A DNA stretch of 15,019 nt from Myxococcota bacterium. GTDB taxonomy: Bacteria; Myxococcota; UBA4151. Shown here in pieces: positions 14,960 to 15,019 of this stretch. Positions within the stretch are counted from its first letter, which is position 1; every line of letters begins with the position of its first letter. A model generated the notes under the pieces. It saw only the letters and a list, made by a program, of their open reading frames with translations, did no database searches and was not told the DNA's origin. A program made the position numbers and the translations under genes. Location: contig JBDQPD010000085.1 of NCBI GenBank assembly GCA_040260805.1, positions 1 through 15,019 of the forward strand, read 5' to 3'.

Positions 14960-15019
14960 CATGCGAGCGGCTGGCTGTTGATCAGGGGTTGGTTGAGCGG
15001 CGGGCAGCGAAAGGCGCCC
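14758..15019. repeat. Long fold-back inverted repeat: arms 14758-14879 and 14898-15019, 18-nt loop
   Basis: 14915-15019 is the exact reverse complement of 14758-14862 (105 bp). The inner 17 bp pair with two mismatches (14863/14914 and 14866/14911). The right arm runs to the last base of the window. Confidence 0.97.

Noticed and set aside
14758..15019. Terminator, MITE/transposon end or telomere interpretation of the inverted repeat
   Set aside because: The arms are far too long for a terminator and have no U-tract. They are made of ordinary coding sequence, with no transposase, target-site duplication or protelomerase nearby.

Overview
GC-rich bacterial chromosomal window. The Cys-rich DUF4215-type lipoprotein, the paired ArsA/Get3-like ATPases and the TPR lipoprotein point to Myxococcota or a relative (inference). 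Left end: a partial PLP-dependent class I/II aminotransferase (minus strand, missing from the ORF track) divergent from a D-2-hydroxyacid (glyoxylate/hydroxypyruvate-type) reductase. The centre is a tightly packed, mostly translationally coupled minus-strand run: two ArsA/Get3-family ATPases, TPR lipoprotein, ruvX/yqgF, mltG, M23 peptidase, unknown exported protein, hslO (Hsp33), a secreted protein with a duplicated CsgG/TolB-N-like domain, and a 1076-aa cysteine-rich lipoprotein. A small six-Cys lipoprotein gene interrupts this run on the opposite strand. The right end holds a divergent lipoprotein gene that runs into a 122-bp-arm fold-back inverted repeat reaching the last base of the window, most likely a chimera or assembly artefact. 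I saw no rRNA, tRNA, CRISPR array or mobile element. The best candidates for an undescribed system are the CsgG-like partner plus giant Cys-rich lipoprotein pair, and the asymmetric ATPase pair coupled to envelope and peptidoglycan-remodelling genes.
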